In this document: positions 37,178 to 50,776 of the stretch, piece by piece
Numbering within the stretch: the first letter of the stretch is position 1
Layout of the letters: each line of letters begins with the position of its first letter
Assembly: GCA_951406725.2 (NCBI GenBank)
Contig: OX597820.1
Coordinates: forward strand, 81,840,001 to 81,904,000
Direction: 5' to 3'
Length of the DNA: 64,000 bases
DNA from: Octopus vulgaris
Lineage: Eukaryota
The notes under the pieces: generated by a model
Databases searched by the model: none
Told to the model about the DNA's origin: nothing
What the model saw: the letters and a program-made list of their open reading frames with translations, nothing else
Position numbers and translations under genes: made by a program

Positions 37178-40100
37178 TCTAGGTTGGAAATATTAACAAA
37201 TCATTTCTTGCTTATTTTCAGCACTGCATCAGTATATATGCATGTTTGCTTATTAAGTAAACAGGCATACATAGTGTATAGCATCAACCAATCGTATATT
37301 CTTTGAAACAATTTTTTTAATAGGAATTTCTATATTTCATATAAATGAATTCCTGCTATGTATAGCTGAGTTGTCCATCATTTGTCACTTTATGAGTGTG
37401 TGCGCGGCGCGTGTGTGCAGTGAGTAGATGTGTGAAAGTGTGTGTGTGTGTGTGTATGATTGCTTGATTGTGTATGTTTATCTCAAATTGTTTGAATGTG
37501 TGTGTGTAGGCTTTGTATTGTTGCATATGTTGTGTCCTTGTAGGTGTGTGTGTGTGTGTGTGCGAGTGCGTTTTGTGCGTCTTTGTATGCGTGTGGGTGA
37601 GTGCCTTTGTGTGTGTGTATAGGAGTGTGTGCGTGTGCGTGCGTTGTTGTACGTAGTTCGAATGTACGAGTGTGTGTGTTTGTGGTGCTGAATATAGAGT
37701 ATGCCTCTGTGCGCACGTGTGTGTGTGCGTATGTGCGTGTGAGCGCGTGTGTGTTTATATGTTGAATGTGTGCAAATATGTGTGTATGGTTGTATGTGCT
37801 TGCGTCTAAGTTTAGTTTGGTTACAGGCATGAAATAATATCTAAAATGTTCACTTTTAAGTCATTATGCTCTAGTTTGAGCCACTACGGAGCACGTCGGG
37901 GAAATGCGTTCTTTTATAACCCAACTAAGTAAAACTGTGTAATTGGAACCTGTAAAGAAGATCCTTGAATCGATCCACTTTTCTGAAGATTACACTAAGA
38001 GTACACGTGGCCTGCGGAATACTCAGCTACTTATCATTCATTACATTCATAACTGCTGATTAAACTGTGGATATTTATCGTCATTGAAATTAACTGTAAA
38101 CAATTTATTTTGAAGTTCTGGTTGCTGTAATCTTTACCGTTTTAAAATTTTAGGTTAAGGTTTTCACTGTCCCTTGTATTCATGTAAGAAATCACTATGT
38201 CCCTTGTTCGCTTGGATGTCGAGACTGCAACATGAGCACACTTATGTTTGAAAACATTCCATTTACATAGCTAATGTACCTAAGACCAACACTAGTTATT
38301 TCTTATAATCCTTAAATTATGTGAACATTTTTTCTCAAGTCAGTCGACCGTACAGATTTTCATACATCTCTGGCCCGCTGCATATTTCCTTCTAATAACA
38401 ACATTTTAAATTCTGTAAAGTCTTTATTCAACAACACTTGAGTGGAGCAGTTATAAATCTGGCCGCATGAGACAGAGACGTGTCAACTCTCTGAACCTTC
38501 AAGCACTGTATGTGTGTGTGTGTATGTATGTATACGTTGTGTGTGCGTGTGTGTGCTTGCTTGTGTGTGTGCATGCGTGCATGCGCGTGCGCGTAATAAT
38601 TTAGGCAATCTTTTCACAAACTGGAAGATAGCGAGCCACTATTTCTTTCATTGCAGTTTCCATTGAGCTTAGTTAAGGAGAGATAATCTGTCAATGTTTG
38701 GACCGGACAATTCTGGTAACTTCGCTCAACATCAATGTTAACTGAGTCAAGGCATGACGTGAATGTTCATTATTATACCATTTACAGTACACAAGCCTCT
38801 TTTATTGAAGTCTATAAAACCATATACAGCCAGTGTAAGGGGACAAGCAGAAAGAAAAGACACGACTGAAGTTGAGGTGGAAGATTGTGGTTCATTTACT
38901 CTCACCTTCAATATACAGGCCAAACATGGTTATTTATTGAACGTAAATAGATATCCCAGAGTAGGTAGGTTCACCGACGCACAATTGCTGAAAACATTGA
39001 AACTAATGTAACATTGACAAGCTTAGCTCGCAGTACTCAGTTTAAATCTTACCAGTGACTAGTTTAGAGTTGAAACCAATGGTTTATCTACATCAAAATG
39101 GGTTTAGAATTTCCTCACCATTTTTTCATTGTTGTTGCTACTTTTACTACATAAATAAGGGAGAACGTCATCCATCACTCTTTCATCGATTCCTAATCAA
39201 GGGGTAGCAATGTTGACCCAAATATTTACAACAGACTGACCTCCGATAATAACATCCAAGGACCGGGTAGTGGTGCTAAAATGGATTTCTCCGACATTAT
39301 GTTCACCATCCCAAAAATTCAGAACTCAAATATTTCACGAGATCTCAAACAATTCTGCCAATCCACTGCTATGGATTATCAACCCCAAAAAGAAGTTGTC
39401 GTCAATCTATATCGATCCTGATCCGGTATCTATGCTCTAACCATGGCTATCCTGTCATTTTCTCAGACATTCTGTAGACAGAGTTATATTACTCAACGTT
39501 TTCTTCGTTTATCAATAAGGTAGGGTGTGATTTGGGAGATTACGATGATGATTTCTGATATATGTAGCGTTTGTATTTCTTTGCTGTTTAAAGAGACAAC
39601 AATGAAATATCCCCGTCTAAGAATACGTTCGAGGTCTCTTATTTATGGGGTGATGGACATTTATGGGATCATGGACATACTCTTTTCAAAGATAAGAGCA
39701 AATCCCTGCATAGGGAATGAGATTGAAGTGTTTAGTGAGTATAGGGATTAGCTCTGAAGTACACTGATTGAGGGTAATGGAAGAGCCTTGTTAGATGGAA
39801 ATGACCGAAGGTACTTTTGCATTTATCCAGTCTGTATACAAGATGGTGGGCTTGAAAAGGTGGGAACGGACCGAAATGAAGGTTTGGCGAATTTGTGTAG
39901 TGTGGAGTAATGAAACAGTGTAGTGCGGGTGTAATGTTCACAGAATCATCGATGTTGCGATGTGTACAGGACTGATGCTTAGTAGGATGCGTAAAGGAAG
40001 ATTCTGGAAATAAGATGGAAATTCTTTTGGTAATAGACCGGTTTGGAAGGAGGGATAGGCTTCGAGGGTAAACTGTTGTACAACACAGGAAGTAATCTAT

Positions 40101-40648
40101 TGCAATTTGGATAAAAGTCTTTCAGATTTTGCGTTCTGGATAAAAAAGTGTCCATTTACCTACACATATCTTTACGTAAATTTATCTACATGCATACAGA
40201 CATACTTGAATACATGTTTACACACATATAATACGTATATAATGTTTACATACATTCATATTCGATTATAAACAGCATTTAGCTGTTCAATCAGCTGAAG
40301 TACTACGGACAGGTGTTCCATTTAATATAATCCATAGGAAAAATCAGAGTGACGAAGTGTGTAATTTGGCTAGAGCTTTGAATTACAAGTATACTTCACC
40401 TGACAAATTTCTACAGTCTCCGTCAAACCAATTTCACCAATAAGGCTCGGATTGACTGGAATCAAAGATGGAAATAATTTATCCACGATGCCATGCCGTA
40501 AGATGAAACACAAAACTTTGTAATTAGGAAGCAAATTTCTTAACTAACCGGTCATACTGTACCCTTACACACATATAATCATACATTTACGTATAAACAT
40601 ACAGTCTTAAATTCATATAATCATATAAATATATGTATATATACATAC

Positions 40649-40723
<75 letters not shown>

Positions 40724-40769
40724 CAATAATAAATCCTTGAACGTGATATAAACAGTAGCTGCACGACAA

Positions 40770-41189
40770 TGTGAAGTATATTTGCATTTAAATGTGGCTA
40801 ACCACTAAGTGTGGATGCCACTGTAGCTTGTAGCCCCAGGAGAACATCTTCTGTAGCTGGCTATTGACACACTTTCTGTGCCCTATCATTGTTTACACTT
40901 TTTCGAGATCAGTGACTTTTCGTCACTGGAAAAAGGATAAATGTATTTGCATTGGGACCCCTTCGAATCGCAGACCGGTGATTGTCGTGCGCTGACGACG
41001 AGTAAATACTCAGAAACCCGAGTCCGTGAATATCACGTTAGGTCGACGATGGGAAGGATGGCTTCCTTTTGCAAATACTGATAGGGCACAGAAAGTGTGT
41101 CAATAGCCAGCTGGAGATGTTCTCCTGGGGCTACAAGCTACAGTAGCATCCACCCTTAGTGATTAGCCACATTTAAATGGCAAATATAC

Positions 41190-41195
<6 letters not shown>
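40770..41195. mobile_element. Foldback element, about 118-bp inverted arms around an HHR-containing spacer
   Basis: 40770-40888 is the reverse complement of 41079-41195 with few differences; (CA)n(TA)n abuts the right end and (TA)n lies about 50 bp to the left. Confidence 0.85.
40988..41028 (+). ncRNA. Minimal hammerhead ribozyme, slightly diverged
   Basis: UGCG-CUGACGA-CGAGUA(AA)UACUCA-GAAA-CCCGAG-UC-CGUG: intact core and GUC site, one mismatch each in stems II and III. Confidence 0.75.
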
Positions 41196-41262
<67 letters not shown>

Positions 41263-41362
41263 GTGTATGTATATATATATATGAATGTATGTATATATAT
41301 ATACATGCATATATATATACATATATACATACACACATAAACACACATATATATATATATAT

Positions 41363-41425
<63 letters not shown>

Positions 41426-41543
41426 ATACAGTGTACATTTAAACACATAAGATCCCTGGCATAGGATTCCTGGCAGGCTAGATGGAACCCACTATTAGGG
41501 ATAAAACTTCGAAGGGAATGAAAAATTAAAACATTTACCCACT

Positions 41544-41613
41544 CCTGGACCATGGTTTCTGACTTTTTTTTAGCAAATATAATAATTTACTAGGCGAAGT
41601 CTTCATCGTCAAG
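41544..41613 (-). ncRNA. Hammerhead-like motif, variant core
   Basis: CUUG-ACGAUGA-AGACUU..UAGUAAAU/AUUUGCUA..AAGUCA-GAAA-CCAUGG-UC-CAGG. Confidence 0.55.
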
Positions 41614-41780
41614 TACGCCTAGATTAAACATTTTCTAGAAAATTTTCGAAGTAACGCCGGTATTACTCTTTGCTGCCGAAAAAAAAAACTGCGCTTGCGC
41701 GGTGGATCTGAAAAATTATAATGTATAACCACGTGGCACATGCTGGATTGCATCGTACTTATATGTTTAATCTAGGCGTA

Positions 41781-41850
41781 CCTGATGATGAAGACTTCAC
41801 CTAGCAAATTATTTTATTTGCTAAAAAAAAGTCAGAAACCATGGTCCAGG
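41781..41850 (+). ncRNA. Hammerhead-like motif, variant core
   Basis: CCUG-AUGAUGA-AGACUU..UAGCAAAU/AUUUGCUA..AAGUCA-GAAA-CCAUGG-UC-CAGG; stem I CCUG/CAGG, palindromic stem III; an overlapping canonical CUGAUGA is present. Confidence 0.65.
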
Positions 41851-42093
41851 AGATAGAGGGTAATTGTTTTTATTTTTCATTCCCTTCGAAGTTTTCTCCC
41901 TAATAGATGTTTGGACTTTGGCTGTTCCTTCTAGCGTGCCAGGAAGCCTATAACGGATACCTCTTATGTGCTTAAATGTACACTGTATCTACATGAATAA
42001 TATATAGTCTATTGACTAATTTTTCTACACGCTAGATCACTGGTAGTAAAAATTTCTAAAATCTTTATTACCCTGATATTATTAATTGTAAAT

Positions 42094-42125
<32 letters not shown>

Positions 42126-42135
42126 GTACATGCAT

Positions 42136-42166
<31 letters not shown>

Positions 42167-42377
42167 AATATACATATATATACATATATATATGTATATA
42201 CGTATATATACAAACATATATATATATACATACATATATATATATACATATATATAGATACAAAATGTTATGTTAGATAAAAAAATATAAAATACGAGAT
42301 AAAAATAATTAAAGATATGCAGGCTCATGTGATACACAATCTATTTTTGAATCGAGATGTTCCAGTCAATGTCCTAT

Positions 42378-42438
<61 letters not shown>

Positions 42439-42642
42439 CTTATTACGGATAATTCAAATGATAACCGGTACCTGGGTAGCAAAAATCACAACAGAAAAAG
42501 CACAGTTGAAGTTACGACCATTGCATAATGGACTCCTTATTCAATCCGAATTAGGGACTTTGCAGCCTTCGAAACATATGTAGAAAATAATAAAAAGGAA
42601 TTTTGTTAAATCTTCGTTCAGCTCCATTTCTTCCTACACTTA

Positions 42643-42684
<42 letters not shown>

Positions 42685-42742
42685 ATATATGTATATATGT
42701 ATGCATATGTATATATACATATATACATATATATATACATAC

Positions 42743-42773
<31 letters not shown>

Positions 42774-42955
42774 CATACACATACAAACACACATATATAT
42801 TTATATACATACATACACACATACACATATATATTTATATACATACATTTAGATATAATATATACGTGTGTATTTATGTATATGCGTCTATATATACACA
42901 CACACAAAGATATACATATGTATATATGTGTGTAAGTATGTATGTATATACACAA

Positions 42956-43005
<50 letters not shown>

Positions 43006-43949
43006 ACATGCATGTATATGCATACATACTTACATAATCTGCAGTCTGACATGTGATACGATTTCCTATCGTTCTGTAAACACGTACATATGGAACTGTG
43101 TGCACTAGTAATAGTAGAACACAGAAACTGAACCATAACGCTGCATTTCCCCCCTTCAAGGCCAGAAGAATTATGGGTGTAGTATGTTGTGGAGTGCATA
43201 GGAACGTTGGTTTATGTTTACTCCCTTTGAAATTCATTGTACGTGATTTGTTGTATATCAGAGCCGAACACTTAATTATTCTACATTACCCAAATTATCC
43301 TACATTATCCAAGTTAATCTGAATGGGAAGAATTAGTAATGTTTACATTTTATAAGAAAGAAAAGCAAGTTGCTTTCAATTAACTAACGTCATCTAAACT
43401 CATAGAGTTACCTTTTAGCTTATATTAAGTAAATGTCAATTTAATCGTTGATCTTAGGGATCAAGATACGCGAAAAGTTTAGCTAGCTTAAACATTAATT
43501 TCGTTTCTACAGCTGTTAATGAATTTATAATGCTCAAATACACCTTAGGTGCTTGCAATGTTCAATAAATGGGAGAGTACATCTATACCAACATTGAATG
43601 TAGCGCTCCTTTATGGATGCAGTCTGAATGCATCTATACAAACACGACATTGGGGTTATTACTCCAATAGTCCAACTACATCCCAAACAACATAAAACAG
43701 AGGTCATTCTACATACTAGAGATACTATATACCATAACCGCACAGAAACACTACAAACGCACGAGACACCATACACACGTACAACACAGAGGTAAACAAT
43801 AAACACTTAATGCACACATAATACTAGGTATACCAAGATATAAATTCAAAGAACTATGATATTATCCATTAAATAGTGGCTAACAATTTCAGCAGCAGCA
43901 GTAGCAGCAGCTTCTATGAAGAGTTTCGCAATCAAACTATGTATATATT

Positions 43950-44170
43950 TTATTTGTTTTAGTCATTAGACTACGGCCATGCTAAGGGCATCATCTTGAA
44001 GAATTTTTAATTGAAAGAATCACCCCAGCACTTATGTTTTTCTTTTTCTTTTAAAACCTGGTACTTGTTCCATTGGTCTCTATGCCCGCACCGCTAAGTT
44101 ACGGGGACTTAGACACACCACCACCGGTTGTCAAGCGGTGGTGGGGCACAAACACTGACATAAACATACA
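43950..44170 (-). mobile_element. SINE family B 3' part
   Basis: CCGCTAAGTTACGGGGAC..CCGGTTGTCAAGCG. Confidence 0.75.
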
Positions 44171-44264
44171 CACATACCTACAGGTACATAAATGCAAAAG
44201 AAAGTGGAAAAAAAACCCCTCGAATACCGAAGGTAGAGTATGCTTTTTTTAATTAAAGCTGCAA

Positions 44265-44375
44265 AAACATCACAAAAAAACCGTTACTCAGAGTTTTACA
44301 TTTCCGTTCAGTCTTGATCGCAAGTGTCCGACGAACGGAAACGTGAAACTCTGAGTAACAGTTTTTGTGGTGTTT
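44265..44375. repeat. Short foldback (about 45-bp arms) built from an HHR motif
   Basis: AAACATCACAAAA..CCGTTACTCAGAGTTTTACATTTCCGTTC versus GAACGGAAACGTGAAACTCTGAGTAACAGTTTTTGTGGTGTTT; abuts (TA)n. Confidence 0.85.
44325..44360 (+). ncRNA. Very small hammerhead motif with U4C core variant
   Basis: UGU-CCGACGA-ACG(GAAA)CGU-GAAA-CUC(U)GAG-UA-ACA. Confidence 0.65.
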
Positions 44376-44396
44376 ATATATATACATATACATACA

Positions 44397-44468
<72 letters not shown>

Positions 44469-44699
44469 CATACAAACATACATACATATATATAAATTTT
44501 TGAATAATGTTTAAAAACCGACAGTCTGATCCTAAGGTATCCAAAAGTTAAATGTTGCAAACTTTAAATTATCAAGCAACTTGCAAAGATTCCATGAGAG
44601 TATCAACCTTGAGCCAAATAATCTATAGGAAGATTTCAAAGGAAAAGTGTTTCAGGCTGAAAGTTCATCAGTGGGATTTAAATCACGTAAGTCCAGTGA

Positions 44700-45274
44700 C
44701 TGGTTTTCAGATAGATCAGCAGAAATTCATGATCTACTTTGAGAAATACAAAACTTAGGCCATACACTTCTTTGTCAGTCCTTGAACCCCAACTTAAACG
44801 AAAACTTACAGAAAGCTGAAAGAGAAAGTGCAGACTGCTCTAAGGAAAATTAAACAGGAATGGTGGAATGATAGAGCAAAAGGGGCACAAAAAGCAACTG
44901 ATAGAAATAATGTAAAGGGTTTCTATCCTTATGTTAAGGAGGTATATGGCCCCAAATCTTCAATAGCTCCAGTGAGAACAGCAAATCGACGTTTGCTTTT
45001 GACTGACATCGCTTCTAGTCATAAGCGCTGGGTAGAACATTTTTCTGCACTTTTGAATCGATTATCATCCGCTGACATGAGGATGATAGAAAAAATTGAA
45101 CACCTTCCAGTTATAGAAGATATGGCATTTGAACTAACTCTAAATGACATTTATTTAGCTGTGAATAAGCTGAGTAACAATAAGTCTCCAGGTCTTGATG
45201 GAATCTGTGCAGAAGTCTTGAAATATGGGGGTGACAAAATGTTTGAACTCTTAACCATATTAATTTTTCACTGA
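44700..45274 (+). mobile_element. RTE (BovB-like) LINE fragment, EN-RT linker region
   Basis: ORF 44828-45274: LRKIKQEWW..KEVYGP..RWVEHFSALLN..NNKSPGLDGICAEVLKYGG. Confidence 0.85.
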
Positions 45275-47696
45275 CAGCGATAGAAAGACAATAAAGACAA
45301 TGGCCACCACAGTCCCTACAACTTCAAAATTACAAAATCAACTAAATTTTTTGGTCTATGTATTAAATGTGACTTAACATTTATGATCTTGTTTGTTATT
45401 TCGGATCTCGATTATTATTAGAATCCTGCTTCTTATACACAATATCCTGCTGTTGAAAGAACTACGAAACGTCAACCATAAAATAACGAAGTATAAAATC
45501 TCGAGTTTTTTTTTCCAAATATTAACATATTAAGGTAGTGCATCAGACGTTAGTTTAATATTATTTATATTTTTAAAGCATTGTCAGTAAGCTATCCCAT
45601 ACCATAATTAATTGGACAGATATGAAAAGAACTTAACAAATATGACAATAACATCGATATGACAGTAATAGATATGACAGTTATTTAGTACAACTTATTA
45701 GGTTAAGTTGGAACTATCTCAATATTAACTATATAATTTATCATTGTAAATATACAAATGTTATGGTATAACAAAGGAAAATATGGAACAAAAGATCTCA
45801 ATGTAAATGCAAAATGCTAATTTATAAATACTACATAAAACGAATAGTTAATGTAACGGAATAGCAAGCTGAGAATCGAACATACACTGGGCTAGATGGA
45901 GTTTCATTGTTGTTGTTGTTTTTAGTTAACCCGATGTGAGTCTTTTTTGAGTAGACCTATGAAGGTGCTTCGGACCTGATGGTCTAGTCCTTTTCTTTCG
46001 AAAGTCTGTTTGTGACTACATCATCCGAAATGTATTTCCTCGTTTAAAATGATGAAATGTTTTATTAGGAAGTGATTCGGTTGCTATTTTTATTTTTAGT
46101 CGAACTTCTAATTTGACATGAAAAAATTACAATTATGCCCATAATTTAATATTTTGACGCTTTCTCTGTGATAATGTAGTTAACATTACCGATTGGAATG
46201 CTTAGATTCATGTAACTAAATCGTAAACATCTAAAAGGTCAGATTTTAACTTCAACTCACACTGAGCAGTTTTGCTCATATTGCCTACTCAGCATAGGTT
46301 TCTATTCTATATCTTTCTACATTTCCATTACTCAATAGATTCCTTTTCCTTATCCTTATTTTATGGGATGGGGGTGGGTTGATTTTTCTATACCTCCTCT
46401 TTCTATTTTCCTACGACCTCTCTGTCCGCTCTCACTTTAAACTTCTTTTTCTATTGATGGATCCCTAACATTACAATCTGTTTCTTTTCTATTTCAATAT
46501 AAACTCACAATAACCTGTGATTTTAAATAGACTATCCCTTAATATATTTTATATGCTTTTGTTAACGTAACTAAATGTTATACAACCGCCCCAACAGCTC
46601 ATTCGTTTGACAAATTCATCAGAACGAAACATTTGGCTTCTAGATACGAAACATTTTAATTTTGATTAATAAATTATAGACACATTCACACATATATTAA
46701 TAGTTTAGTACAAAATATTTCAAATGCACAACAGGTCCTTTTAATAAATATTCAGTTTAGATGAGTGGTGAAAAGTAAGCTAATTTGTTACATCATAGAT
46801 TTTATGTGTGTGCTGACAGAAAATTGATTAGTTTTGTCCCTGTTTCAGGAAGACATTTAATAGAGAAAGGATACTCATCTGTCCACAGGTTGTAGAGAAT
46901 TGTTGTGTATACAAACTCAGAAAGAGTGGAGATTATCTGTCCAATTTATTAATAAAGTGGTACAGTACACATGTCTAATTTAAATTTAAAGTTTATTTCA
47001 TAATCGAAGACCTAAAACCATTTACTTAATCATAGTGGTCAGAATGTAGTGGGTTGACGTCGAAATCTTAGAAGGGGTAAGTAGATGAAAAATAAGTAAC
47101 GTTGCTGCGTTTAGCATAGTTACCTCTTCTAAGATTTCTATGCCATTATGATTGAAACAAACCACAACCTTCTGACTATTAATACTAGATGTTAAAGCAT
47201 ACGGTTTAAGTAGCTGCGAAAATATCGAGGAATTTCATGTGAAAGGTTACGTTAATCTATATCTTGTTGTGGTACTTAATAAACATTGGTTTGAATAGTC
47301 AAACTGTTCTGAGGTGATTTTGCCATGGCTAACCAGGCCTTCTATATAATGAAAGATCCGCGGCTCTATACACACATTCAGTTTAGTGCACATCAATCTG
47401 TTTTGGATTTGTATTTATAAAGTGTCCAGTCTAAATTATTTTACAGTAGGCAGTTTTTATCAGTTTTATTGGTTATTTTGAAATGTAGGGACAGTTTTTA
47501 TCTAATAATCATATAGTTTGTCTCACTCATAAAAGTAACATGATTTCATTTTTCCTAAAACAGGTTTGAAAATGACCAACTTTAGATATATTTTTTTCAT
47601 TTCCCATCTTTCTATTCATCTAATTATCCATGCGATTTTAATTATATCAATACTTATATTTTTATATATATTTACATTTTTAAGAAATTTAATTAA

Positions 47697-47901
47697 GGCA
47701 GCGAGCTGGTAGAACCGTTAACGCAGGGCAAAATGCTTAGAGATGTTTCATCCATCTTTATGTTCTCAGTTCAAATTCCATCGGAGTTAACTTTGCCTTT
47801 CATCCTTTCGGGTTCATTGAAATAAGTTGAGCACTGGGGTCGATTTAGTCGACTTAACCCCTCCTACAAAACTGATGACCTTGTGCCAAAGTTTAAAACC
47901 A
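47697..47901 (+). mobile_element. SINE family A copy
   Basis: GGCAGCGAGCTGGTAGAACCGTTA..CAGTTCAAATTCC..GCCTTTCATCCTTTCGGG. Confidence 0.82.
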
Positions 47902-48713
47902 ATAAACTTCATTATTAGTTTTCTCTCATGAAACCGCTTATATAGCTGTTATGATTCCTATTAACTGATTCACAAAACCTCATCAAGCAATAGGTTTTCA
48001 AAAGGTCAGCCTTTTTATGTTGATGACACACATCTTCCCCCAACCTCATTAAATGCAATCTCCATCACACTTGAACTAATGGCCAATGCAACCACTTATC
48101 ACTCATCAATTACCATTCACATCAAGCAAAGATGAACAATTAATGCTCCTCTCCTACATTTGTACCAACATACACAAACTAACACCCTCTCTCTCCATCC
48201 ATTTTATAGCACCATTCTCCAAAACCACAGTAACTGTAATAAGAAAAGAAGTGCTGTTCCCTATCCTCATATTCTGCTGAGCCAGTCCATTTATAATAAA
48301 CCTTACATATCAATCCCAACAACCCACTTTTCCATGTCTCTTGTTGTCAATGACAGCGTGTTGATTCCATAGGTTTGCACGTGCATAGGTCGCTGATATT
48401 TGCCGTTTGTATGTTTACTGTGTAAGTTACACACACACAAAAAAACACAAACACACACGCACGCGCACAAACACCCACACGCACACACACTCGCACGCAT
48501 TCACACACGCATGAACGCACGAACGCACAGAACCAGAGATTCAACTGATATCGTCCCGTGGAAGGCAACTTTTCATCCTAGAAAAAAGTTGATACTGTTC
48601 ATTATCTTTTTGCGCAGGTTCTTTTGGTATTATCACAGACTCAACTAGGATGGAGGAGGCTGTGTGCTTCCGGCAGTATGTTTGAACAGTCGCTAATATT
48701 GCCATATTGCAAA

Positions 48714-48920
48714 GGCGGCGAGCAGGTAGAATCGTTAGGCACGCCGGGTAAACTGATTAGTGGCATTTCGTCTGTCTTCACATTCTGAGTTCAAATGCCG
48801 CCGTGGTCGACTTTGCCTTTCATCCTTTCGGGGTTGATAAAATAAGTATCAGTTGAGCTCAGCGGTTGATGCAATCAACTTACCCCCTCCTCTGAAATTG
48901 CTGGCCTTGTGCTAAAATTG
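48714..48920 (+). mobile_element. SINE family A copy
   Basis: GGCGGCGAGCAGGTAGAATCGTTAG..GAGTTCAAATGCC..GCCTTTCATCCTTTCGGGG. Confidence 0.85.
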
Positions 48921-50687
48921 TCACATTACTAAGTGCAATAGTCGGCGCAAAACCGTCGGTAACATTCTCCCATGTGTGTGTTTGCGTGTATGTATGTTTG
49001 TGTGTATATATGTGTCTATGTGTTTGTGTGTGTGTGAGTGTGTATGTGTGTGTGTGTGAGAAAGTGTATACTGATGCACACCCACGTTCATCCAGCTTCC
49101 CCTCCCACTATTCCTGAGAGAGTCATGTGGTGGTTAGGGTACAGTCCATTGGGTCCTATCAGAAACAACCGCCATTACACTTTCAGGTTGGATTCTCAAG
49201 CATGACCAACTGAAATTATGGATCTTATCCAAGAATATCATGCTCGGTCACCTGCTGGTTGGCTCTGCTTGTAGAATCTGTCGAGCGATTCTTTTTTGCG
49301 ACTCTCTAATCACATGGCGGTAGCACCAGAGCTTGTCCACGTAATGCTTGTTTTAATTGGTGTATATAAATATATATTTGTGTGTGTGTGTGTGTACATG
49401 CATGGGCATATTTGTGTGTATGTGCATGTACGTTCACCTGTTATTTTTGCTTTATTATATCATTTGTCATTTTTGTCAAGGTATCCATTCATGCCATATA
49501 TATATATATATATATTTTTTTTTAGTTATTTAACTATTATTTCTTAACTTTTGAATCTTTGAATCTTAAAATTTATATTTTATATCTTTTAAATTCTTTA
49601 CTTATTTATTTTTTTAATTAAGTATATTTTTATGTTTATCTTTATTTTTATTTTTCTCTGCTCTTTTGGCATACTCGTAACATTGCGTACAACTTTCAGA
49701 GATCTCATAAATAAGGTGACTTCCACTTGTACAACCAACGTCATTCCAAATTTCTTACAAGCAGTACACTATAAACACACTTCCGATTTAATTGCAGCAG
49801 CTACTTTTTTATGTCGTGATGCAGTTTCCAAGTTGCTACAATTATTATTATAACAGCCATCTTAAAGATAATAGGATATATTGATGCAAGTAGATATATT
49901 TTATGAGATGCAATGGTACAACTTGATAAGAGTTCCCAGTGAATGATGGATACCATGGGATCTTTATTGTCTATTTTTTACAAAGAAAACAAGGACAGGT
50001 TATTCGAAGCTCCCCTTCTTCAGTCAAGCACCAGATTATCTTCGCAATTTCGGCTGATATATATATAGCTAGTGGTAGTCAAGCATTTTAAAATGTGGCC
50101 CGCGTACACCCGAATGAAATCGGGTTATAATGCCGAAACAAGTAAAATGATAATAAACTATTTTAATCCGAAGCAAGGCCCGGTATATATGTCTAATCTA
50201 TAAAATGAAGAAGGCGAACGTTGATACAAATTGGATTCTTATGTAAAAAGGGGTCTAAATAGGGCTGGAAGGAGATTAAAATTTACAGGAGGGCGTAACT
50301 TGAGGTGGGAAATTGATTGCGAGACGTTTTGGGGCGCTACAGTGGTTGGTTTGGTGTGAAAACTGGGATTTTATTGATTTTGGGGAAAACTTGGGGGTCT
50401 AGATCGGACACCTTTTGTTCGATTTCAATCAAATTTTAAACATGGTAAAGTGGAAGCGGATTTGTAATTTAAACGCGGAAATCTAATTATCTATAAATGG
50501 GAGATAGATAGATAGAGAAAGATAAAAAGTAAGAGAAAGCGAGGGAGCGTCCGAGAGAAAAGAAGAGTAAGAGATTGGGAAAGTGAGAAAGGAAAGAGAA
50601 ACAAGAGAATGTGGCGATAAGAAACAGAAAGGAAGCAACAGAAAGTAGCAGCCACAACTTCACCCGCGCGTACATACATATATACAT

Positions 50688-50774
<87 letters not shown>

Positions 50775-50776
<2 letters not shown>

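Larger units (their letters stand above)
41426..41988. mobile_element. Foldback element, about 205/225-bp inverted arms, each containing an HHR-like motif
   Basis: 41426-41631 inverted relative to 41763-41988; begins at a (TA)n edge. Confidence 0.88.

Noticed and set aside
42540-42590. GAAA-CATATG-TA (palindromic stem III plus cleavage triplet)
   Set aside because: No recognisable CUGANGA box upstream; at best a decayed HHR
46590-46635. Minus-strand CUGAUGA-AUUUGUCAAAC-GAAU motif
   Set aside because: Needs several corrections in core and stems; cannot be separated from chance
49995-50075. CTGAAGAAGGGG motif on the minus strand (also at about 63577 on plus)
   Set aside because: Probably pLTR-like repeat sequence, but no stem II-GAAA-stem III arrangement
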